DNA from: Antedon mediterranea
Lineage: Eukaryota > Animalia > Echinodermata
Assembly (NCBI RefSeq): GCF_964355755.1
Contig: NC_092670.1
Coordinates: 16,354,795-16,418,794 of the forward strand
Direction: 5' to 3'
Length of the DNA stretch: 64,000 nt
The translations under genes and the position numbers were made by a program. Positions 1-39,500 of this stretch are shown here, one piece after another. A model generated the notes under the pieces. The model was not told where the DNA came from and ran no database searches. It saw only the letters and a list, made by a program, of their open reading frames with translations. Every line of letters starts with the position of its first letter. Position 1 is the stretch's first letter.

Positions 1-308
1 TTGGGATCCAGCAAAGTGTCCCCTTAATATAGTCCCCATATTTAGATTTTAACACAATATCAATTTTTCTATAATCTATTAACCTATTAGATGTGTAAAA
101 GCATTTAAATACTAAAAGTGAACTGTTCCAAAAAAGAGAGAAAAAATAGTGTGTATTGCCTCTTATTCATTTATTGGAAAGTGTCCCTGTGATAGGGGTG
201 TTCCCTTAATAGGGGTTTACACTGCAATATCATCAGTAGAACTATGCTATGTGCAAATTTTGAATATATCACTATGCTTCACCTGCCTATATCATGTTTT
301 GGTCTTAC

Positions 309-22015
<21,707 letters not shown>

Positions 22016-22172
22016 TACACAAACTAACTTTACCTCTCTATTATATTTAAACAGTTAGCAAGAAACATTTTATTTTAGTCAGGAACATCGTCTGATCCAT
22101 TCCCGTCAGCCGCCATTAATAAATATAAATGTTGCCCTCAATTGTTGAGGGCGGTATATCAAAATAAGGAAA
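22016..22172. promoter_or_regulatory. Bidirectional promoter shared by SMG1 and RINT1
   Basis: Only 157 bp between divergent ATGs. YY1-like CCGCCATT (~22110) and AAAATGGC, plus inverted repeat GCCCTCAA-TTG-TTGAGGGC. Confidence 0.65.
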
Positions 22173-29544
<7,372 letters not shown>

Positions 29545-29958
29545 CTTGTGTGAGTGTATGCTTTGCTGTCCAATTGAGCAGGACAGGCTAGTATATGTAC
29601 AATTATGCAGTATTAATTCTATTTGAGAAGTAAACTTTAGATTTTGTTATAAATAACATGTATTTTCTGACATACATAAGTATCGAGGATACAAGAAAAA
29701 TGAGAACAGATTACTCTCTATTATAAAGTATATTTAACAAGTATTGAAAGTAATAATTAATTTAATAAAATTAACACTAAACAATGAAAATTTGAGAGAA
29801 TTTTTTTGAGTGATCATTTAACATGAATCTTGTAATACTAGTGATTGCTAATTGTTGATATGCATTCTCAGATGTAAGTAATTAAAATCCAACAAAACAC
29901 AGTACAATTATGGTACCTTGTCTCCATAGACATGTAATATTAATAATATAATAGTATA

Positions 29959-30079
29959 TTATTATTGCACTGATGAAGGGCTAGTGTTGCCCGAAAGCTC
30001 TGCTAACTTTTCTGGCTGTTTTACTTATCGTTTTCATTTAGCTTTTCGGGGTTTTTATTTCAGTAATTTGCCTTTGGAT
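29959..30079 (+). mobile_element. Penelope-like element remnant with a minimal hammerhead ribozyme motif
   Basis: GCA-CTGATGA-A-GGGC-TAGTGTT-GCCC-GAAA-GCTC-TGC (29967-30003), flanked by the 15-bp direct repeat TAATATAATAGTATA (29944-29958, 30080-30094). Confidence 0.6.
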
Positions 30080-30324
30080 TAATATAATAGTATAATATAT
30101 TTATTTTATTTAAACAATATTTTGTAAAGGTGGTTCATCCAGCCGAATCTGATTTTTATGCACCCTCAGAATAATTCAGTTTATACATTTAATTAAATAA
30201 TAACATTCACAGTAAATAAAATAGAAATCTTAAAAAGTGATTCCTCGCATTGCTCTGCTGTAATTCAAATAAACTGTACCATAATTGTTCTGTAGTAGTT
30301 TGATTGCTTTAAACAACTTGATCT

Positions 30325-31026
30325 CTAAAACTTACACAAATGTATTTTACTTTGTCTGTTATAAAGCGTTTTAGAAGAAGTTGATAAAATTTGCTTTAAT
30401 TTCGGTTTCCAGATCCTCATTGGTTCTTCATGGTCATTTATATACTTGGCATTATCATCTTTAATATGCTTCACATTATGCGGTCCCACTTTGTTAAGTA
30501 ATAATAATGGAGAATAAAATTGTAAATGCGTTTTAACGTAAGTAATATGATGGTTTGGATTGCCGTCTTCCATTATCTCTGTACAAGTAATATGGTGATA
30601 ATCTTCATCAAAGTGTAACTTACATCTCGGCGTATTTAGCTTCTCTGTTTGTAGCCGTTTAAATAGTATTTCTTCAAGTCCTGTGCGTCGTGGCATCTTC
30701 TTTTGATCCTGTGATCGTTTTTCGACGTTTTTTATTTTTCCATCTCGTATTTCGGGTAAATGTAAATTCGTATCAATTTCACAGTTTTTAGGTTTTACTA
30801 ATATTCCTTTCATAACCCGTTCATTGGTTTGACTGACTCTATTGCCGTGCGAACATTTTTTTACAGTTTCCTTAGAATCAAAGACGTGCTTTCTATCGGT
30901 ACGTCCGTCGTTCTTGTTATTTGTCCGTTCTCTGAGTACATTGCGTTTACTTGTGTGTGTGTCTATAGCAACTAACTTTTTCTGTGATACTTGGAGACAA
31001 GGTAGCTGGATGGTTGCTGATGACAT
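30325..31026 (-). CDS. Uncharacterised intronless 233-aa basic protein
   Basis: 702-bp ATG-initiated ORF in AT-rich DNA; no family recognised; contains RxxLxxxxN (RNVLRERTN). Confidence 0.6.
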   Translation of the reverse strand: MSSATIQLPCLQVSQKKLVAIDTHTSKRNVLRERTNNKNDGRTDRKHVFDSKETVKKCSHGNRVSQTNERVMKGILVKPKNCEIDTNLHLPEIRDGKIKNVEKRSQDQKKMPRRTGLEEILFKRLQTEKLNTPRCKLHFDEDYHHITCTEIMEDGNPNHHITYVKTHLQFYSPLLLLNKVGPHNVKHIKDDNAKYINDHEEPMRIWKPKLKQILSTSSKTLYNRQSKIHLCKF

Positions 31027-32439
31027 TACAGCAACGTTTCCTGTCTCCGTATCAATGATATAAGTGATATATCCAAGTTAGCTAACGTATGCACATTGCT
31101 TGACGATCCGTATAAATAGACCGCGTATCAATTACCTTCTCATTCGTGTGAATAGTAAATCTAGATTCTGCTTGTCAGATGATCATCTAAAAATGAGTCC
31201 CTTACGAACTTTTCTGAACGTCGGTTCAAATTTGATGATATTAAGTGTTTGTTTAGAAATTCTATTGCCTATCGAGTTATTATACTTGCACCTGAATAAA
31301 TTAGTGTTAGGTCTGACAAGTATGGATACGTGTAATAATCATCAATTTCTTATCGCAAATTATCAGTATACTATTTACCAATCCGTAGTACGTGCTTGCC
31401 ATAATGGTGTTACGTCAGTTAATGGTTGTAATTTATCCACGTGGTATATACAAAGTAATTAATTCGTTCAAGTTCAAAATATTTATACCCGAACTTAAAA
31501 TCGATGATTCTGTTAAGTGCATTGTGAAGGTTATTTGATAATTGTTGGCTGTTATTACTTCTAATAGTTAGGCTACTATTTAAGGAGTAATTATATCTGT
31601 TGTCCTAAATGCCTACTTCTTCATAATGGCCTTTATTCACTTTGCCGTTGATATTTTAAACAATGACTGTACTTAAATATCTGCTGTAAAAGTAAAAAGC
31701 TTGAAGTCTTGTAGAGTACTTGACATTTAGTAACTCAGCAAGTTTTCTTTCGACGTAATCACGATTGTCAATTAGAGTCGTTTTAATATCAATTTCCAAT
31801 TTGTAATGTCTAAGTGTGATAACTACAACAATTACAGTGAGTTGTTAACAATATACCAACCTCTGTGCCTATTCATTAAACCACGGTACTGTTGCTACTT
31901 TTCAAAAATACTCTTTGGTTTTATCGATTTAATTACGTCAGTGGGATAATATTGTATATGGAATAAGCTGTGTTTTTGTAAAACAGGAAAGGTCATTTTT
32001 ATCATTAATTTTTAAGTTGAAAGAATTAAATTTGATTGACGCTCTGATATTGTAAAGAATGAAGAGTTGAAATGCGTCAGTTTTCGATTTTATTTGTCAC
32101 AAGTCACTTTCTTATTGAAAATAATTCTCAGATTGTGGATATTCTCTGTACCTGAGTATCTGTCGCACACTACGTTTGATTCGATCTTAGCGAAGATATT
32201 GAATATAATTAAGCTGGGTTCCTCCGATGTACGTCGACCTACTTACACGATTTTGAAAGTCATAGACTAAACTTTAGGCCTACAACTCAAGAAAACATAA
32301 TGCGGCACAGTTTCGTCAATTAACATTAGGCCTATCTCGTTACTGCCTTAAAGTTATCAGTAAAACCTTATCCGGAATCCACCTGCGACCTACCAAGTAT
32401 AAATTGAAGTGACCAATATAGGCTTATCAGTGTCCTAAG

Positions 32440-33177
32440 ATGCCAGGGAATAAGGTTCATTGGGGACCGTGTGTAACAAACGATCAAGGCAAGAAACCCG
32501 GACACAGATGGGACTGCAAACAATTGTTTCCAAAGTCGAAGCCATCGCTCGAAGTTGTGAAATCGAATTTTCCGGTTCCCATCGGCCGTCATAACTTACT
32601 GCCAACCTCTTTAAAGCAAGTCATTTTATATGAAAATGTGACAGAGGGTAGGTTGCTTGATCTAAAGTTGGAACGAATTCGCCATCAAGAGAAGAAGATT
32701 GCTGAAAGTTACGCAGCTAGAAAGACCAAGTTTATTAACACCGTAATAAAAACAAGATCATCTTTTACGGAAAGTTTAAATTTTAACTTTGATGCTAAAG
32801 AAACCTTTTCTGCTTTGATGAAGAGTAGTTTTGGATCTGTGACAAAACTACCAAATGTATTCACTTCTTCAGTAGACTTACATTCGTTGGGCTCGTCTAA
32901 AAGCGAACGTGTTATCACGAAGAACGCGCGTGAACCATTTAATGCCCCGTGCTCAAATTCAGCAAGTGGGAAAAGAATAAACTGCACGAAATGTGCCGTT
33001 ACCACGGATAGAAAGTCAATTAATGTATCTACTAGCTGTCCATTCAACACGTTGCTACCAGATCTACCGTTAGTCAAACAACATAGAAGTGAACGCAAAG
33101 TCGACCAACAAAGTTTTATACACATCCCGAATGATGATTCAACCACTCTGCAGAGACGTCTAGTAATAAATGCATGA
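32440..33177 (+). CDS. Uncharacterised intronless 245-aa protein with a short coiled coil; may extend to 33308 through a frameshift
   Basis: 738-bp ATG ORF with helical segment ENVTEGRLLDLKLERIRHQEKKIAESY; protein-like continuation in the -1 frame. Confidence 0.6.
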   Translation: MPGNKVHWGPCVTNDQGKKPGHRWDCKQLFPKSKPSLEVVKSNFPVPIGRHNLLPTSLKQVILYENVTEGRLLDLKLERIRHQEKKIAESYAARKTKFINTVIKTRSSFTESLNFNFDAKETFSALMKSSFGSVTKLPNVFTSSVDLHSLGSSKSERVITKNAREPFNAPCSNSASGKRINCTKCAVTTDRKSINVSTSCPFNTLLPDLPLVKQHRSERKVDQQSFIHIPNDDSTTLQRRLVINA

Positions 33178-33589
33178 ATGATAAAAGCTTTATAGAACTT
33201 CAGAAAGTGCTCTTTCCTCCAATTGTGACAAAACAACAAAGAAGAGGTTCCGTCTACTCAAGAAGAGCATCATTGCCGATTTTGGGTTGTAAAAGCATAT
33301 GGGAATAGGCCTAGTATTGATACACTGTATATAAGGACCACCCTAAATGACCTACATCTGCCTCTCTCTTGTAAAATATGGGTCGCGCAAATGCAAATGC
33401 GTGAAGAAAGCTATTAACTTCGTGACATTTTCTATATATAAATTGTTTGTATTATAATGTTTGTGTATTAAAATCTATTACTATTACGTAATATTTATTT
33501 TATACCACTAAAATGTATACCGCCCTCTATAGTTCGAAACTTTTTTCACTACTCATCGCATCGTCGTCTCGTACACAATTTCTGAAAAC

Positions 33590-36500
33590 ATGTCGGGTAC
33601 AGTGAATGTGTTAACTCCAAATGGACGAAGACAAAATGTTAAATATTCTGCAAATATGACAATACTACAGGTAAGTTCTTCTTATTTACCTTAACCTACA
33701 TCTTGTATAAAGTGCATATGTATAGGACAGGTAGGACAAGCAGTGTAGGCCTACTACTAGCCTACTTAGTCTAGGGCTAGGCCTACTTTCACTGTTCAGC
33801 CTACGGTAGGAGGCATAGGGCCTAGCCCTAGACTAGCCTTTTCCCCGTGCTTGGTTGGGAAAATCCCACAAACAAAGAGACTGGACCTAGGCCTACGGAT
33901 ATATCTAGTCTAGGCCTTTTACTAATCATTTAAATATTTTTATTGTAATATTGTATTGTTGTTTGATTATAATTTTATTGTGCATTATTTTTACTTTTAA
34001 CTATTTTTTTAATGATTTTTTGCCTAATTTGATTTTGAAGGAAATAAGATGACCTTTTTTTGTTTTTCATTATGTTGTTTGTAGATTATTGAAAAAGTCT
34101 GTGAGAAACAAGGTTATACAAGTGCTGAATATGACTTAAGGTAATTGTATCCAATTCAATACAGAATCATGATTAAATATATATTATAATTACTAGGCCT
34201 ACTAATATATTATTGTTTACAAAACAATAACAGACAATCAACAAATCAGCGCTTTTTATTATTAATCATTAGTTGCTTAGCGATCTCCCAATCTATGAAT
34301 AAATTAATTTTGTTTTTTATTATTTTTTAGGCATCAAAGAAAGATTCTTGATCCAAAACTATCTGTGAGGTTTAGCAATATTCCAAACAATGCCAAGCTG
34401 GAGCTTGTTAAAGCAGCAACAGCTAGAACAGAGTCAAGTATACAAATTGCTCTACAGATGCCTGATGGACAGAGACTACAACATGCATTCTTACCAAGTA
34501 ATACATTGTGGGATATTATTCAACATTGGCAAAAGAAACTCGACAGGTACGTATAATATTTTAAAACTTTGAATTGCAACTAAGTTTACTGTAGGTAAAT
34601 GGCAGTCTTTGATAGTGGGAAAAAGGATCTTTACATATGACAGATAAAGATAGAAAACATAACTGAAGCGTTGATTGATAGGATAAAATTCCAACCATAT
34701 GTTAATGTATGTATTTATTTTTAATTTACAGACAACTTCTTGCTGACAGTGTTAAAGATGATAAAGTAATGGAACTAACACTTGTCTATATGACGCATAC
34801 GGTAAACTACACCCCTATTAAGGGTACACCTTTGGGACCTTGGGAATACATCCATTGATGTCCATTGAATAGGGATTCTCCCTGAATAAGAATGTTCTAC
34901 CAAAGGAGATTGTATACTGTATCATTACGATATTGTGACTTTTATTTTATTCTTAATTGTGGTTACAACTCAGTTTATTTTTACCTAACAGATAACAGGA
35001 GAAAAGGAATTGAAGGAGACAAAATTGAGGTCATTGGGTCTGACAGGAGGTTCGGCCGTTATTCGTTTATCTGGACGTGCAATTGACACCACCACGACTA
35101 CAAATGACAGTATAGAAACAAAAGAGGATGTGGGTAGAATTAAATTAGATTCGTCATCAATATCCTCACCAGATAATATGGACACAAGTGAAGGGCCTGA
35201 AAATACTTCTCCCATGTCCCCACAAGCTATGGACATTAGTGAGGCATCAGAAATGGGTGCTAAAATATGTATTCAACAAAAAGATGAACAAAAAGATGAA
35301 CAAGAAGGTGTTCTTTCATCAAAAAAGAATAACGTTAAACAGAATGCTTTGAGTGAAGCTGTTAGGTCAGATAAAGGAGCGAGTTCAATCGGAGCTGATG
35401 TCAGTAGTTCTAAAGTAGCTGATGTCAGGAAAAAGGTACCTAAGTCTGTGCCTGCAAGAGAGCCGTTGCAGACTTCTGATTTGCGTTTAAGTGAATTTGC
35501 TAATTTTAAGGTAATAAATCTTTGTTTCATTCAGGAAGTCAGTTCATTCAGTCTTTTGACATTATAACCTTAGGCAATAATGGTACATTAATAAGGAATA
35601 ATAAATGCTTAGAAAAATTTGTATTAGGCGCTATGAAAGACAACCATTATTATTATTATTAAAAGCTATTATTGGAAAGCCTACGATTTTATTTTCAGTT
35701 TCCAGAACCATCAACCGACAGTAATATGCAAATGAATACAGAGGAATCTAGTGAGGTGCTATCACAGGTAATGTATTACACAATATAATCTATCTGATTG
35801 GCAAAGTCATAGCCTGACATAGACTAGCAGATATACAGTAGTTCATTTCATCTCTCATAAACACTAAGATAAGTCAAACAGCAACCAGGAATAGAGGAAA
35901 AAAAGATTGTTTGTAGTATAAGAAAGTTAATTTAAAACAGTAGGATAGATCTGGACACACACAAGTAAGAAATCTACAGTAGAACCTCGGCTTTTGGACA
36001 CCCCTATTAAGGGAACACACCTAAGTGATACTTTATTATGAAAAAACGAGAGGAAATACTGTACATATTAAACTCTACTGTATTCTATAATACGTTCCTA
36101 AATATATTTAAATTACATATTTGTATTGATTCCCACAGCCTTGTAATCGTGAGGCTGTCGTATTTGATTTATCAAATGAAAATACATCAGAAGTTAAGGA
36201 CACCCCAGACACTGATGAATTCTTTGAAGTGACTGTTAATGATGTTAGAAAAATGCTTGCTGATTTAAAACATCAAAGGTAACTAGATTTAATTCGTCAT
36301 TCATCATTTTGTTAACTTACACGTGCGTAGCCTGTCACTTTTGACGTGCTCGTATAACGCTGTTTCGCGTTGAAAAGTGAATAAAAATATGACATTATTA
36401 AAGAAAGGTTATACAAAAGTAATCGGACAAAAACAGTGCGCGTGCAAAAATCTGCGCACTCATGGCAATTTTTTAATCACTTAAAATTGCCTGAAACGTA

Positions 36501-39500
36501 CTCTAATTTTATCGAAAATAAATTCTGACAATTTTGAACATTTTAAGCGCGTACGCATGCGTTATATGCGCTACGCACGTAATTGTAGTGCCATATGATG
36601 AAATATGACCTCAAATTTTGTTTAAAAGTGATTCATGCTTGTGAAGATATGATTACAAACGTGATTTCGTTAAATCGTGCGTAGACCGCGTAATTTTTGA
36701 TTGCGCACCGTGAAAACATAACCACATCGATTCCTGGCCATAAGGAATATACTCTGAAAAATTGACTTAGCTAGATTAAACTGATACCAAGATAATTCAC
36801 GGACAAAATTGTGTTAAGGAAAGAATAAATAAATATGCATATAACCTAATTAAAGTAAGTTTGGGAGGCTCTTGAAGAATTGATTGATTGATTGAATTTA
36901 TTTGATGCTCAACATTAAAATAACAAACAGACAAAAGACAAAATAACGAGCATCAGGAACACCCATTAGGCCGGAAAAACCAGCCCATTTCCAATGGGGT
37001 CCAAATTGCACATAACAAACAAGAGAAAATACAACATTAATAAAACTATAAATATATAAATATACATTAAAATAAAGCCCAGTAAAACAGAAAAATTAAA
37101 AGAGAAAGCAAACAAGAAATGAGAAAAATTGCACGTAATCAAGACCATTATAGTTATCAAAATTATTCTAAATATAAAATATTGCGTTCAAAATGTTTTT
37201 TAATATGAGATTTGAAGGTAGTTAAGTTGGAAATTAATTTTAAGTTTGATGGAAGAGCGTTCCAGTCTTTGATAGCAGAGAAGAAAAAAGTAGAATGAGA
37301 CTGTTTATTTCCTTTAAGTAGAGGTAAAACCAGATTAACATTACGTTGGCGTGTGTTATGTGTGTGGATTGTGGATGTCCGTGAGAAATGTTCAGATAGA
37401 TATGGAGCTGCATTGTTATTGACAATTTTATGAACATTACAAAGCCTGAGAAATTTTACTCTACTTTCCACCTTAAGCATGCCAATGTCTGATAACTCCT
37501 TCTGACCAATATGAGATCGTGGTCCGAAACCGTAAATAAAACGCACAAATTTGTTCTGAGTGGTCTGTAGTTTTTGCTTCAAAACTTTGTCAATACCTTC
37601 ATACCAAGTCGAAGCACAGTAATCAAACAAGCATTGAATTAAGGCAGAGCATAACAGTTTTTTCGTGTTTTTGTCCAAGCAACTAGCCTGACGATATAAA
37701 TACCTTAATCTACTATTCGCCTTTTTTATAACACTTTTGGCGATGTTGTTACAAGAGGCAGAACTATCAAGTTCTATACCTAAATATTTTACTGACTTAG
37801 AACCCGTTAAAGTAAGGCCATGAGAAATAATATTGAAAGATCGTAAACGTTGAAGTCGTTTTTGGGTACAAAATATGATAGATTCAGTTTTACTGATATT
37901 GATAGATAGTTTGTTATCGACAAGCCATACTCTACATGAATCAAGAGCTTTACTAAGTTTATCAGCGACGACAGTCGGATCTTTGTGCCAGAAAACAATT
38001 GCACTGTCATCAGCATATAACAGCAATTTGCATTCAGGGTCGATACTTACAACCATATCGTTTATGAAACATAAAAAAAGCAAAGGACCCAGTATGCTAC
38101 CCTGTGGAACTCCACATGAAATATCCATGGGAACGGATAAGGAGTCTTCGATTTTAACAATTTGGCTTCTGTTTGACAAATATGAACGAAACCAGTCTAA
38201 TGAGGTGATGCCCATTAACAAAAGCTTTTCACACAATATATCATGATCGACAGTGTCGAATGCCTTACATAAATCTATAAGTACCATACCAGTATGTGTA
38301 CCTTCGGAGTTATTTAATTTAATTGTGTCTAACAGATTAATTAAAGTACTTTCGGTAGAATGAAATTGCCGAAAACCTGACTGATATTGATAAATAAGAT
38401 CATTTTCCACAAGGTACTGTTCTAACTGAACATGAACCGACCTTTCGAGAATTTTTGAGACAACACTTAAGACGCTGATGGGTCTATAGTTTTCTGGATT
38501 TTTACGACATTTTTTTTTATACAGTGGGATGACTTTAGCTATTTTAAAATCACTCGGAACAACTCCTGTATTAATTGACAAATTGATAAAATACGTTAAA
38601 GGGGAAGCCAGTACACCGGCGCCATCTTTAAGGAATTTAGCTGGTAGCCCATCGAGACCTGTACTTTTCGTAGGGTCAAGACTTTCAAGTTGTTTAAGAA
38701 TGAATTCTTCTGACACAGGTTTAAGGCTAAAAAGAGTTGTAACTTTTGAAGAATAAAAGTCTTTTACAATTTTGGAACCATAGTTAAACATGTTACTCAT
38801 GGGTGGAAGTTTATCAACAAGATATCTTGCTACATTGGTAAAATGATTATTAAAATGTGTAGCAACCTCTTGTGGATTGTGAATTTTTGATTCATTTATT
38901 TCCAAAACAACTTTAGCTTGTTCAGACGTCTTTTCACTATATCCTAATTTCTTAAGATGTTGCCATAATTTCTTAGGATTGTTTTTATTTTCAATTATTT
39001 TATTTCGAAAATACGTTGATTTAGCTTTTTTAACATTGCGCTTGACCTTGTTTCTTAATTTACAATACATATCATGATCTTCTTTGATTTTACTCTTTTT
39101 AAATTTATTAAAATATTGATCACGAGTTCGTATATCATTTAGAATATCTGTGTTAAACCATGGATCTGACCTTTGTTTCACCCTCATCTTTCTAAGAAGC
39201 AACAGTCCTAGTCAGGGAAGGGAAATGCTGCTTTAGGTGGGGGAGGGGGGGTGTCTAGAGTGGGTTGGGATGTAGCCTAGAACCACTTTATTCTGCTCGG
39301 TTTAAAAATGATATTCAGGAGTCCAGAGAAAAGTCATACTTGGTTACAGCCAGCATCAAACCCAGCATCAAACTCTGGGATTGTAAGTAGATCTACAACC
39401 ATACTGGTAATGCCATACTTGCCAAACCATTTAAAATATGTAATGATAATTGTTGTAATTTAATACAACAGCACAAGTGATGCACCTTTGGAAACAACAA

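Noticed and set aside
32709-33239. 176-aa antisense ORF
   Set aside because: Non-ATG start; shadow of the plus-strand coding region.
36280-36835. CpG-rich insert, possibly a Helentron-like element
   Set aside because: Probably a repeat, but it is single-copy here and its termini could not be defined.
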